64,000 nt of DNA from positions 66,115 to 130,114 of the forward strand of contig SVPG01000001.1 of assembly GCA_015065975.1 (NCBI GenBank), written 5' to 3'. The stretch is from Oscillospiraceae bacterium (lineage in GTDB: Bacteria > Bacillota > Clostridia > Oscillospirales > Acutalibacteraceae). The position numbers were made by a program, and so were the translations under genes. Positions 31,398 through 41,132 of the stretch are shown one piece after another (the stretch's first letter is position 1; every line of letters begins with the position of its first letter). The notes below the pieces were generated by a model that was given only the letters and a program-made list of their open reading frames with translations, ran no database searches and had not been told where the DNA came from.

Positions 31398-32243
31398 TTA
31401 TCCGTTTTTCTGTATTTTTTCGGCAATAGCCTTTGCGCACTGCTGTGCATCGAGTACACCGTCGCCGATATCCATACCCTCTTTTTTCAGCAGGAACGCA
31501 AGCTCGCACGCCTGCGGCACGTCAAGTCTGCGGTCACGCAGCAGCTCAACCTGCGAGAAGATTTCAGGAGCGGTTCCCTGCGTGAGAACCTTTCCGTCAT
31601 CAACCACAACAACACGGTCGGCCTGTGCCGCCTCGTCCATATAATGCGTGATGAGAACTATCGTGATTCCCTTTTCGTCGCACAGTCTGCGAATTGTTGT
31701 CATTACCTCGTTTCTGCCCTTCGGGTCGAGCATTGCGGTCGGCTCGTCAAGCACGATACATTCGGGCTGCATCGCAATTATGCCCGCGATGGCTATGCGC
31801 TGCTTCTGTCCGCCCGAAAGCTTGTGCGGCGCGTGTCTTCTGTAATCGTACATACCGACGGCCTTCAGCGCTTCGTCCACTCTGTTTCTCAGCTCGGGAT
31901 TGGGTACGCCGAGATTTTCGGGACCGAAAGCCACGTCCTCCTCGACTATCGATGCAACAAGCTGATTGTCGGGATTCTGAAAAACTATACCGACGGTGGT
32001 TCTTATCGCTGTGAGAAGCTCCTCGTCGGCGGTATCCATACCCTTTACGAGCACCTTTCCTCCCGAAGGAAGTAAAATTGCGTTCATCTGACGCGCGAGG
32101 GTGGATTTTCCCGAACCGTTATGACCGACGACGGCGACAAACTCACCCTTGCCTATCTCAAGATCGATCCCTCTGAGGACTGCATCAGCACCCTCATCGT
32201 ATGAAAAGCTGAGTCCTTCGACTCTGATAATATTCTCCATCAT
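31398..32243 (-). CDS. Energy-coupling-factor-type ABC ATPase (EcfA/CbiO-like)
   Basis: Walker A (GHNGSGKST), [12 protein letters not shown] signature, Walker B (ILDEPT). Confidence 0.85.
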   Translation of the reverse strand: MMENIIRVEGLSFSYDEGADAVLRGIDLEIGKGEFVAVVGHNGSGKSTLARQMNAILLPSGGKVLVKGMDTADEELLTAIRTTVGIVFQNPDNQLVASIVEEDVAFGPENLGVPNPELRNRVDEALKAVGMYDYRRHAPHKLSGGQKQRIAIAGIIAMQPECIVLDEPTAMLDPKGRNEVMTTIRRLCDEKGITIVLITHYMDEAAQADRVVVVDDGKVLTQGTAPEIFSQVELLRDRRLDVPQACELAFLLKKEGMDIGDGVLDAQQCAKAIAEKIQKNG

Positions 32244-33029
32244 TCAACTCCCGTAAGCACCTTTCTGTTCGGATGATACTATTCTGCACGCGAGGCAGGC
32301 GTGAGAAAACTTTACTCCGTCCGGATAACTGTTGCGCCATTTTTCTCCGCACTGCGGGCAGATATCAGGCACACGCTCGAACTTGTAATATATAGGATAA
32401 TAAACGGGCACGCCCGTCGCCTGCTCCACCTGACCTGCGAGCGCTCTTCCCGCGAGGGAGAGCGTCGACACACATTCGTGCAGCATCTGATACGACTCTC
32501 TGCCGTCTATTTCATCAATTCCGATAAGGCATTGGTTGAGATACGACCTGTAAAGCCTGCGCCATCTGAGCACATCGTCAAACTCCATCTCGCCGCCGTA
32601 ACGCGCAAGACGGTAGAGCGGTATGCTCTTCATACAGTCACCGCACTGAATCGGGGTACCCTCCCACTCGGGGCAGGGATTCATGACAAGATGACTCGGG
32701 CTCTTGCACTTGCAGTGTCCGTGCAGCGGGTCATCTCCCATACCAGAAAACTGCGGAAGACCTTCCGACTGCTCAATTATTCTTTTGAGCACCTTCTTTG
32801 TGTCATAGGCAAAATTCTCTTCGGTTATGGCGTAAGGGTCGGCGGCGATGACTCTGCACACATAAACTCCGTTTTCAAAAGCTATCTGCGCACCCGACTC
32901 CAGTATGAGTCCGTTTCTCGCAAGCTCGGAGAAGAATCGCTCGAGCGTGTCAAGATACTGTGCGAGGAATCTGTCCCGAATCTCGGGCGCTATCTTCGCC
33001 GGCGTGAATCTGAATTCCGTTATCTCCAC
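32244..33029 (-). CDS. Cys-rich hypothetical protein with zinc-ribbon-like motifs
   Basis: CKCKS...CPEW...CGDC and CPQCGEK...CLAC cysteine clusters; abuts the EcfA start. Confidence 0.5.
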   Translation of the reverse strand: MEITEFRFTPAKIAPEIRDRFLAQYLDTLERFFSELARNGLILESGAQIAFENGVYVCRVIAADPYAITEENFAYDTKKVLKRIIEQSEGLPQFSGMGDDPLHGHCKCKSPSHLVMNPCPEWEGTPIQCGDCMKSIPLYRLARYGGEMEFDDVLRWRRLYRSYLNQCLIGIDEIDGRESYQMLHECVSTLSLAGRALAGQVEQATGVPVYYPIYYKFERVPDICPQCGEKWRNSYPDGVKFSHACLACRIVSSEQKGAYGS

Positions 33030-33222
33030 AGGTCATCCCCCCTTTTTTCAGGCCTTTAACAATAATTTTATCAAATGCGAAATATATTGTCAATCGGCGC
33101 CCCTGTAAATTTTACTTTTCTTCATTCCCATGCATAAAGCCGCCTCGTTTTCCGAATCATTTATTTACAGATAAACCGAACCGCCGTCTTTTTATGCCCC
33201 GTTTCATAATTTTTCCTCGGCT

Positions 33223-33260
33223 CTTGACAGATGAAATTCTATGGTCTATAATACAAGCGA
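33223..33260 (+). promoter_or_regulatory. Sigma-70-type promoter upstream of the TPP riboswitch
   Basis: TTGACA, 17-bp spacer, TATAAT. Confidence 0.5.
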
Positions 33261-33267
33261 AAAATAT

Positions 33268-33380
33268 AATGGGGTGCTGACTTAAAGTCGGCTGAGATTC
33301 CGAATGGAAAACCCGGGAACCTGATCCGGATAATGCCGGCGTAGGAATTTGTATTTACTTGTCACACGTCAGGGTTTCTC
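33268..33380 (+). ncRNA. TPP (THI-box) riboswitch with terminator-type expression platform
   Basis: ggggtgc...gctgaga...aacctgatccggataatgccggcgtaggaa matches the THI-element consensus. Followed by a CACGUC/GGCGUG hairpin with a U-run, upstream of thiT. Confidence 0.85.
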
Positions 33381-33475
33381 CGGGCGTGCTTTTTTATAAA
33401 GTGCGCCGGGTTTCTTTCGGTTTTTCGGGTACGGTTTTCTGTCCGCTCTCCAAAAATCGAAAGGATTGTCAAAAC

Positions 33476-34081
33476 ATGAAAAAGAACACCAAAACCACAA
33501 AGCTTGTCGTCTCCGCACTCATGATCGCGCTGGGCACCGTTCTGAGCCTGCTCTCGATCGGACTTCCCTTCGGCGGTTCGGTCACAATGGGCGCTATGGT
33601 TCCGCTCGTTGTGCTCAGTCAGACCTACGGCACCGCATGGGGACTCTTTGCCTGCTCCGTTTACGGACTTCTCCAGCTCGTTCTCGGACTTGACAACTTT
33701 GCGTATGCCACCACTCTGACCGCTGTGCTTGTCCTCTTTGTCTTTGACTATGTAGTTGCCTACGGTATGGTCGGCTTCTCCGGTCTGACAAGAAATATGA
33801 AAAACAAGGCTGCCGCAGGCGCACTGGGCGCTGTCATCGGCTGTGCCATTCGTTTTGTGATGCACTGTGTCAGCGGTGCGGTCGTCTGGGGACAGTGGGC
33901 TGATGTAACCGCCATTCCCTCCTTCCTGCACAACACCTTCCTCACAAGCGAGGATTTCCTTATCTATTCATATTCGTTCTTCTATAATCTTTCATATATG
34001 CTTCCCGAAACCGTGCTGACAGCCATCGCGGCGGCAATCATCTGCCCGATCCTCAGAAAAAGCAACGTTCTCGGAGAATAA
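33476..34081 (+). CDS. thiT: ECF-transporter S component for thiamine
   Basis: Six-TM small protein directly downstream of the TPP riboswitch. The start is the ATG at 33476; the ORF track's 33359 start would run through the riboswitch. Confidence 0.8.
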   Translation: MKKNTKTTKLVVSALMIALGTVLSLLSIGLPFGGSVTMGAMVPLVVLSQTYGTAWGLFACSVYGLLQLVLGLDNFAYATTLTAVLVLFVFDYVVAYGMVGFSGLTRNMKNKAAAGALGAVIGCAIRFVMHCVSGAVVWGQWADVTAIPSFLHNTFLTSEDFLIYSYSFFYNLSYMLPETVLTAIAAAIICPILRKSNVLGE

Positions 34082-34106
34082 TAATATTTTTCGGAGGTCT
34101 CTCATC

Positions 34107-34358
34107 ATGACATACACATACAGAACAAGCGGCACCTGCTCCTCCTCAATCAGCTTCGACTATGAGGACGGACGGGTCAGCAATGTACGTTTTTCCGGCG
34201 GCTGCAACGGCAACCTCAAGGGTATCGCAGCGCTTGTCGATGGTATGTCTGCAGATGAAATCATAGCCAAATGCTCTGGCATAAAGTGCGGATTCAAGAA
34301 CACTTCCTGCCCCGACCAGCTCGCAAAGGCTGTCGCTGCGGCAAAGGCTGAGGTCTGA
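34107..34358 (+). CDS. TSCPD domain-containing small protein (TIGR03905-like)
   Basis: Contains the literal TSCPDQLAKAV motif and a GGCNGNLKG region. Confidence 0.75.
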   Translation: MTYTYRTSGTCSSSISFDYEDGRVSNVRFSGGCNGNLKGIAALVDGMSADEIIAKCSGIKCGFKNTSCPDQLAKAVAAAKAEV

Positions 34359-34961
34359 TTATATCAAAAAACCGCTGTCGGGAGGCTCAACGCCTCCTAT
34401 GAGAAGCGCGGCGGTCAGCAGCATGACCGTATCGGCATCACACGGCTGACCTATATCCACGCCTATCTCTCTCTCATCAAGCTCCGTCCCCGGAAGCTCT
34501 ATCGACCGTCTGACACACACAAGGGCTCTGTCGCCCGTTATGCTCGACAGGGTGAGCGTGTCTCGCTGTGACATTCCGCAGCACACGGTCGGGTTTTCAC
34601 AGTCTCTGAGCAATCTTCGCGAGCGTCGGCTGTCGGATACTATGAGAGGAACTATCCCGCGGGACAGTTTCAGACGCTTTGCCGTCGGCGGAGGGTCATG
34701 AATCACGAGCACGCCGAAGGGTGCGTTGTAGCTTTCGAGCTGCCCTGTTCCGATTATCGCAAATTTTGCACTGTCATCGGGCAGAGCAACATAACCGGGA
34801 GAAAACACCGTGGTTTTTTCATAACGCGAAAGCGTCTCGTAAAACCTTTTTGCTAATCTATCCGGATTCTGTGACAGCAGGACAACCGGCACCATTCGCG
34901 TTATTTCTCTCCCTTCGCTTTGCTTAAACGTATTATGCGAGTCTCGGGCGAAAATATTCAA
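34359..34961 (-). CDS. Hypothetical protein
   Basis: 200-aa ORF with coding-like composition. Weak resemblance to a Mur-ligase C-terminal domain (ESYNAP). No confident family. Confidence 0.35.
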   Translation of the reverse strand: MNIFARDSHNTFKQSEGREITRMVPVVLLSQNPDRLAKRFYETLSRYEKTTVFSPGYVALPDDSAKFAIIGTGQLESYNAPFGVLVIHDPPPTAKRLKLSRGIVPLIVSDSRRSRRLLRDCENPTVCCGMSQRDTLTLSSITGDRALVCVRRSIELPGTELDEREIGVDIGQPCDADTVMLLTAALLIGGVEPPDSGFLI

Positions 34962-35009
34962 CCCGACACTTTTGCTTGATATTATTTGGTTTAGAAAGGA
35001 CTGACCTCT

Positions 35010-35642
35010 TTGAAAAAACGGCTTACAATCATTCTGACCGTACTTCTTCTCATTGTATCGCTCCTGTTTTCACCGGGCTGCAGTGAGATGGTCGAAGAAT
35101 CGTTCTACGTACCGTCCGAACGAGTTTCCGAAACCAATGTAACCCTCCCGACCATCGCTCCGGAATCGACCGAGAGTCAGGCTGTAACACCTCCCTCGAC
35201 CGCTCCTCCGACAACGACAACAACCACCACTACTACCGCCGCACCCACAACAACCACTACTACCACAACCACTACAACCGCGGCAACAACCACAGCACCC
35301 GCCATTGATATCAACGGCACCTACACCACCAAGGATGATGTTGCGCTGTATATTCACACCTACGGAAAGCTGCCCTCAAACTTCATAACAAAAAGTGAAG
35401 CGAGAAACCTCGGCTGGCCGGGCGGCGGACTTGACGATTACGCTTACGGCAAATGCATCGGCGGCGACCGTTTCGGAAACTATGAGAGAATTCTTCCCAC
35501 AGCTTCCGGACGTTTCTACACCGAATGCGACATCAACACTCTGCATGCAAGAAGCCGCGGAGCTGAACGTATAGTCTTCTCTAACGACGGTCTTATCTTC
35601 TACACAAACGACCATTACGAGAGCTTCACTCAGCTTTATTAA
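35010..35642 (+). CDS. Secreted barnase-like guanyl-specific ribonuclease (N1/T1/Sa family), lipoprotein with Thr-rich linker
   Basis: Lipobox LFSPGCSE, a poly-Thr/Ala/Pro linker, and a C-terminal nuclease domain (KSEARNLGW...GGDRFGNYERILP...YTECDI...RGAERIVFSNDGLIFYTNDHYESF). Confidence 0.8.
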   Translation: MKKRLTIILTVLLLIVSLLFSPGCSEMVEESFYVPSERVSETNVTLPTIAPESTESQAVTPPSTAPPTTTTTTTTTAAPTTTTTTTTTTTAATTTAPAIDINGTYTTKDDVALYIHTYGKLPSNFITKSEARNLGWPGGGLDDYAYGKCIGGDRFGNYERILPTASGRFYTECDINTLHARSRGAERIVFSNDGLIFYTNDHYESFTQLY

Positions 35643-35654
35643 GGAGGGTCTGCA

Positions 35655-35930
35655 ATGAAAACAGTAGTTATCGACTGCCGCGAGATGACCGACCGCAGAG
35701 CGGCACACGAATATCTCGCACGCAAGCTGTCCTTCCCCGAGTATTACGGACACAATCTCGACGCTCTTCACGACTGTCTCGGTGATATCAGCGAGGAGGT
35801 CTGCATCGTGGTCTACCGTCCGCACGAGATGTACGAATCTCTCGGTCAGTATGCTGAGATTATGGCCGACGTGCTCAGAATGTCGGGCGAGGAAAATCCT
35901 TACATATCGGTCATGTTTGAATCGGAATAA
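35655..35930 (+). CDS. Barstar-family ribonuclease inhibitor (immunity protein)
   Basis: FPEYYGHNLDALHDCL matches the barstar signature (PEYYGENLDALWDCL); AAGGAGGG RBS; 12 bp downstream of the RNase gene. Confidence 0.85.
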   Translation: MKTVVIDCREMTDRRAAHEYLARKLSFPEYYGHNLDALHDCLGDISEEVCIVVYRPHEMYESLGQYAEIMADVLRMSGEENPYISVMFESE

Positions 35931-35939
35931 ATATCAGAA

Positions 35940-35978
35940 GGTGCGAAAGCTCGGCTTTCGCACCTTTTTCTTTTTGTT
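35940..35978 (+). terminator. Terminator after barstar
   Basis: ggtgcgaaagctcggctttcgcaccttttt. Confidence 0.65.
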
Positions 35979-36040
35979 CTCATTGACGGTAAGTGTCAAA
36001 TGTTGTATGCTGATAATAATCAACGAGGAGGTTTTATACA

Positions 36041-36994
36041 ATGAATACAGAACAGGTAAGACAGCTCGGCAAAAAGCTTATCGACAGCATCGGCAGTGTA
36101 ATCATGGGCAAGAACGATGTCGTCACTCTGACCGTCACCGCCATGCTCGCGGGAGGACACGTGCTTCTCGAGGACGTACCGGGCACGGGCAAAACCATGC
36201 TCGCAAAGGCTATCGCAAAATCGGTCGACGCTGATTTTTCCCGCGTTCAGTTCACCCCCGACCTGCTTCCCGGCGACATAACAGGCGTGAGCGTATATGA
36301 CAGAAACACGGGCTCATTCTCTTTCCATAAAGGACCCCTCTTCACAAATATTCTTCTCGCCGACGAGATCAACCGAGCCACACCGAGAACACAGTCGGCT
36401 CTTCTCGAAGCTATGGAGGAAAAACAGATAACCGCCGACGGCGAGACCCGTAAACTTGACGGATTCTTCTTCGTAATCGCAACCCAGAACCCCGTCGAAA
36501 CCTACGGAACCTTCCCCCTGCCCGAGGCTCAGCTCGACCGTTTCATGATGGAGCTCACTCTCGGCTATCCCACCGCGCAGGAGACAAAACGCATACTGTC
36601 GGCTCATCTTGCAAGCGACAGACTGGACGATGTTTCACCCGTATGCAGCATCTCCGATATCGCCGAGGCTCAGAAGGTATGCCGCTCGGTATTTGTCCAC
36701 GACTGCATACTCGATTATGTTCGCAGGATACTTGAAGCAACACGCGAAAGCGACGGAATCGCACTTGGCGCAAGCACTCGTGCGGGCATCGTTCTCCTTC
36801 GCGCCGCTCAGAGCAAAGCCGCTCTCGACGGAAGAAACTATGTCTCTCCCGAGGATATAAAGGAGCTTGCCGTTCCCGTTCTCTCACACCGCATCATCCT
36901 TCGCGCAGGCGAGCGCCGCGAGGCTCTTTCAGCCTCCGCCGCAATCGAGCGCATAACCGCAGGCGTTCCCGTGCCGACCGAGAAGTGGAACTGA
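36041..36994 (+). CDS. MoxR-family AAA+ ATPase
   Basis: GHVLLEDVPGTGKT Walker A, LADEINRA Walker B, sensor region. Confidence 0.9.
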   Translation: MNTEQVRQLGKKLIDSIGSVIMGKNDVVTLTVTAMLAGGHVLLEDVPGTGKTMLAKAIAKSVDADFSRVQFTPDLLPGDITGVSVYDRNTGSFSFHKGPLFTNILLADEINRATPRTQSALLEAMEEKQITADGETRKLDGFFFVIATQNPVETYGTFPLPEAQLDRFMMELTLGYPTAQETKRILSAHLASDRLDDVSPVCSISDIAEAQKVCRSVFVHDCILDYVRRILEATRESDGIALGASTRAGIVLLRAAQSKAALDGRNYVSPEDIKELAVPVLSHRIILRAGERREALSASAAIERITAGVPVPTEKWN

Positions 36995-36998
36995 CGGC

Positions 36999-38126
36999 AT
37001 GAATATCATATACATACTTCTTGCCCTCATCGCTATTCTTGCGATAGAAGGCATCATATATAAAAAATACTGGCCGAGAGGAATAAAGGCTCATATCCGA
37101 TTCGGTCAGGACCGCGCGGTCGAAGGCGACACCGTCGAGCTTTGTCAGACCCTCGAGTATACAGGTCTGCTGCCGCTGCCGTGGGTTCGCATGAAATTCC
37201 GCATCTCGCGCGATATCGGTATGCCCGACACTCCCAACTCCATCATAACCGACTATTATAACTGCGAAGAGGTCTTTTCCATCGGACGAATGGAAAAGGT
37301 CACCCGCCGCATTCCCGTGAGCTGTTTCAGAAGAGGTCAGCACCGCGTATTCGACGTCGACACCGTCAGCAGCGACCTCTTTATGACGCGCAAGCTTATT
37401 GCAAGCTTCGGCGGAAACTCGGGAATCACGGTATATCCGCGCCGAACTGAGATACCCCAGCTTATTGACGCCGCACGTCAGATGATCGGCGAGCATATCG
37501 TGCGCCGATCGAGAGTGGAGGACCCGTTCATATTCCGCGGTGTAAGAGACTACATCGAGGGAGATCAGCTTTCGCACATAAACTGGCGTGCCACCGCCAG
37601 AACCGATCATCTCTCGGTAAACCAGTACGAATACACTTCCGAGCTGAGCGTCAGCATATGGCTGTTCATCGAAGAGCGTCTCGATATGCGCGATCTGACC
37701 CTCACCGAAGAATGTATCCGAATCGCAGCTACCATGCTCGGTACACTGATAGACGACGGTATTCCCGTCGCTCTGTGCTGCAACGCGGGAGACAGCGGCG
37801 CCGACAGCTCGACCCTCATCGGTCACGGCTGCTCTCCCGAACACAAGGACAGCTGCCTCACCGCACTCGCAAGACTCGATACTCAGAAGGAGGCTATGTC
37901 TCCCTTTGAGTTTGCCGATCGCGTACCGAAGCTTTCGGGCGACAACGAGCTTATCATTCTGATATCCTCCCAGACGGGCGAAAAGCTGTGCCGTCATATA
38001 AAAAATCTCTCGTCCGACCGCGAGCTTTTCTGGATAGCACCGCTTCGTTCGGACGATGAGCAGGAGCCCGTCGGACTTGAATACATCAAAAATCACCGTG
38101 TCTGGAGGGTTGTATGTGAAAGATAA
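36999..38126 (+). CDS. DUF58 domain protein (vWA-like MoxR partner)
   Basis: Conserved VRDYIEGDQLSHINWRATARTDHLSVNQYE DUF58 core. Confidence 0.8.
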   Translation: MNIIYILLALIAILAIEGIIYKKYWPRGIKAHIRFGQDRAVEGDTVELCQTLEYTGLLPLPWVRMKFRISRDIGMPDTPNSIITDYYNCEEVFSIGRMEKVTRRIPVSCFRRGQHRVFDVDTVSSDLFMTRKLIASFGGNSGITVYPRRTEIPQLIDAARQMIGEHIVRRSRVEDPFIFRGVRDYIEGDQLSHINWRATARTDHLSVNQYEYTSELSVSIWLFIEERLDMRDLTLTEECIRIAATMLGTLIDDGIPVALCCNAGDSGADSSTLIGHGCSPEHKDSCLTALARLDTQKEAMSPFEFADRVPKLSGDNELIILISSQTGEKLCRHIKNLSSDRELFWIAPLRSDDEQEPVGLEYIKNHRVWRVVCER

Positions 38127-39333
38127 TCGCTCTCCCATAATCGCGGACGTTCTTTACAGTCTGCAGTGGTTTCTCGTCGCCCTCGCAGTATGCGTCACAT
38201 TTTCCGAAAGAATAAGCAGCGACCCGTTTTCGCTTTGTTCACGGCTTATCACGACCTCTGCCGCATACGCCGTTGTCGCTCTGACCGTGCGGCTGACCGA
38301 CATTATACCCATACGCATAATTATCCCACTCGCCGCTGTCGCAGGCTGTACGCTTATGGGACAGACGACCGCCGAGCGCATCGTCTTCTGCGGCATGGGA
38401 ATCATCGCCTGTGTGTGCGGATTTGTCATTCATCTGCGCACCCGCCGCGAGGAGATGCAGTACAGCGATATGTTTGTATTCACAGCGCTTCTCGCCCTCT
38501 TCTCGGTCGTATCGTGGCGCACGGGCGATACCTTCGTCAACCGCTGGGTCAATGTCATTTCGGCAGTATTCCTTCCTTTATGCGTTGCCGTATGGTATAT
38601 CGGACGTCTGTCGAAATCGCTCAGCCTCTTCAGCCGCCGCACCGACCAGCCTGTCGGACGCATACGCAGCCGTATGCGCGGCACGATATTCACCGTTTTC
38701 ATGCTCGTGCTGCTTGTATCGCTCCTGCTTCCGCAGTCAAACGGCAGCAGTATTTTTACCGTGATTTTCAAGGCAGCCACAGCTATCATCGTGTGGCTTG
38801 TGTGGTCTGTGCTCAGCAGGCTTCCCACCTGCAGCACGTCCATGAGCGTCCCTTCAGGAGGCTATTCCGATTCCGCGCCTCCCGCTGCCGATTACGGTGC
38901 GGGCTGGGAAATATACATTCTCTATCTGGGTGCTGCTGTTCTCTTTATCGTATTCGTCGTCTGGTCGGTCAAATGCGTCGTTCGTTTCATAAGAAATATC
39001 ATAAGCGAATTTCTATCCCCGCACGACAGACTTTCAAAGACCCGCACCTCGGGATACGATACCGTCGAAAAGCTCGAGCGAGAACGAAGGGAACGTCCGA
39101 AACCCTTCTCTCCCCAGAGCAACGCTCAGAAGGTCCGCCGTATTTACAAAAAGCGCATAGCTTCAATACTCGGGGATTCGGTCGGCAATATCGCCGCTCT
39201 CACCCCCGACGAAATCGCCGACAAATGCCGCGAGAAAAACGAGGATATTTCCGCGCTGACCGCACTCTACAAAAAGGCGCGCTACACCAAAAGCTGCAGC
39301 GCACAGGACGTCGAGTCCGCCCGCCGTGCATAA
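38116..39333 (+). CDS. Polytopic membrane protein, probable DUF4129/transglutaminase-like third partner of MoxR-DUF58
   Basis: 8-10 TM helices; the cytoplasmic C-terminal domain ends ...KKARYTKSCSAQDVE. GTG start at 38116 follows GGAGGG and overlaps the DUF58 stop. The ORF track's earlier start at 38056 lies inside the DUF58 gene. Confidence 0.5.
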   Translation: MKDNRSPIIADVLYSLQWFLVALAVCVTFSERISSDPFSLCSRLITTSAAYAVVALTVRLTDIIPIRIIIPLAAVAGCTLMGQTTAERIVFCGMGIIACVCGFVIHLRTRREEMQYSDMFVFTALLALFSVVSWRTGDTFVNRWVNVISAVFLPLCVAVWYIGRLSKSLSLFSRRTDQPVGRIRSRMRGTIFTVFMLVLLVSLLLPQSNGSSIFTVIFKAATAIIVWLVWSVLSRLPTCSTSMSVPSGGYSDSAPPAADYGAGWEIYILYLGAAVLFIVFVVWSVKCVVRFIRNIISEFLSPHDRLSKTRTSGYDTVEKLERERRERPKPFSPQSNAQKVRRIYKKRIASILGDSVGNIAALTPDEIADKCREKNEDISALTALYKKARYTKSCSAQDVESARRA

Positions 39334-39380
39334 CAAAAAGAGTTCAAAGCAACAAATGCTTTGAACTCTTTTTTATCTCT

Positions 39381-40139
39381 TTATTCTTCCGTCTTTCTTT
39401 TGAACAGGCGGGAAAGCAGACTGCAAATACCGTAACACATAAGAACAAACAGCACATTGAGAGCCGATACGATAAGTACATAGAGTATCTGGGTCGGTAC
39501 CGCGCCTATGACGCCCTGCAGAGATACTCTGACCTCTTCAAGCGGCGGAATGTTGCAGGAATAGTAGTTTGCATAGTTTGTTTTCAGCACCTGAGCCATG
39601 GTTGCCGACACAACGCAGAAGCAGGATATGAAAACAAGAATAGCTTTTATGTCCCGTTTTTTATCGGGAGTATACAGATTAAGGAATATGATGAGAACGA
39701 ACTCAAGCATCGCCACATTGTGGAACGCAACCGTGTGGAAATCGAGATAGTCGCCAAAGAAATTGCGGATATTCCACGCGGAATAGATAAGATTCGGATA
39801 TATGAGCATCAGCAGAAAGAGCGACGCGCTTATCGATGCCGTAATCGCCGTCACCGCACCCCTATGCTTTCCTTTGTAGAAAGCCATAACGGGCAGCATA
39901 AAAATGAAGAGCGAACAAAAATGGAACGGGAGATGATAGAGGTCATATCCTCTCGACAGGGAAACGACCTGTTTGCCTATCTCAAGCAGAAAGGCAATGA
40001 CCGCAAGTATCTGAAACGGAATCATGCGGATTCTGAGAGGCTTGTCCCCTATTGTTATGCGAAGAATTATTCCGATCGCAAGCATAACAGCTATCGCAGG
40101 TATAAGCGTGATTGCGTGTTCGGGTGTCCAGAGTCCCAT
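39381..40139 (-). CDS. Integral membrane protein (YwaF/TMEM164-like, family assignment tentative)
   Basis: Seven or eight hydrophobic helices with no soluble domain. Confidence 0.45.
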   Translation of the reverse strand: MGLWTPEHAITLIPAIAVMLAIGIILRITIGDKPLRIRMIPFQILAVIAFLLEIGKQVVSLSRGYDLYHLPFHFCSLFIFMLPVMAFYKGKHRGAVTAITASISASLFLLMLIYPNLIYSAWNIRNFFGDYLDFHTVAFHNVAMLEFVLIIFLNLYTPDKKRDIKAILVFISCFCVVSATMAQVLKTNYANYYSCNIPPLEEVRVSLQGVIGAVPTQILYVLIVSALNVLFVLMCYGICSLLSRLFKRKTEE

Positions 40140-40220
40140 AAATATTCCCTCACTTTATTTACAGTTTTCGACAAAAACATTATATCAGACGATTGACGTT
40201 TCCGCAATACCCGAGCCGTT

Positions 40221-40931
40221 TTACCCTTCAAGCTTCCACCCTTCATCGCCGTGGTATATCATGAGTCTCGTCATACCGCCGTCGATGCAGATATTTTCTC
40301 CCGTTATGAATCCCGCCTTGTCGGAACAGAGATAGAGCACCATATTGGCTATATCGAGCGGGTCTCCGACCCTTCCCGCAGGATGCTGGGACGCGTCGGC
40401 TCCGCCGTAATCATTGCGCTCATTATCGATCCATCCCGGGGATATCGAGTTTACTCTGACCTTTCCCGCAAGGCTCACCGCGAGCGCGTGGGTCAGAGCA
40501 TGTATCGCGCCCTTTGCCGCAGTATAGCTTTCAGACTGAGCCTGACTCATTCTGTCACGGCTCGAGGAGATGTTTACTATGCACGCTCCCGGGGCAAAAT
40601 ACGGCACAAAGAGCTTCGCAAGATAAAACGGTGCTGTAACCCCCACGGCAAGCGCGTTCGAAAACTCTTCATAGGAGCAGGACGAAATGCCCTTGAAGAG
40701 GGGAGCTGCGTTGTTTATAAGATAGTCGACGTGACCGTGGTCGGCGATGACCTTATCGGCAAATCTGTGCAGAGTTTCCTTGTCGGAAATATCCCCTTTG
40801 AAATACGGGTTGTCCTGAATATCGATAATACAGACCTCGACGCCGAGCTTTTCAAACTCCTGCGCTATACATTTTCCTATACCCTGCGCCGCACCTGTTA
40901 TTACCGCTACTTTTTTGCTGTTTTCGCTCAT
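40221..40931 (-). CDS. SDR-family oxidoreductase
   Basis: VAVITGAAQGIGK cofactor motif, NNAA, and YxxxK (YTAAKGA). Start at the ATG at 40931 behind GGGAGG; the ORF track adds 19 codons upstream. Confidence 0.8.
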   Translation of the reverse strand: MSENSKKVAVITGAAQGIGKCIAQEFEKLGVEVCIIDIQDNPYFKGDISDKETLHRFADKVIADHGHVDYLINNAAPLFKGISSCSYEEFSNALAVGVTAPFYLAKLFVPYFAPGACIVNISSSRDRMSQAQSESYTAAKGAIHALTHALAVSLAGKVRVNSISPGWIDNERNDYGGADASQHPAGRVGDPLDIANMVLYLCSDKAGFITGENICIDGGMTRLMIYHGDEGWKLEG

Positions 40932-41132
40932 TTTGTCAGCCTCCCGACCAAAGTCTTCAACCCGATTATACCCTTTTGCAGCTGCCACTTCAATAGGTCG
41001 GCTGCGCCACGGTTATTATTTTAGTGACAATGTGCGATATTTTAATTTTTATTTAGCAAAAAATATAATGGAACATCGCCTGATATTATGCTATAATCCA
41101 AACAGACAAAAACACATTGGAGATATGCTGCT

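Noticed and set aside
38166-40196. 676-aa plus-strand ORF
   Set aside because: Extremely Arg/His/Cys-rich nonsense translation. It overlaps the DUF4129-like membrane protein gene in another frame and is antisense to the minus-strand membrane protein.
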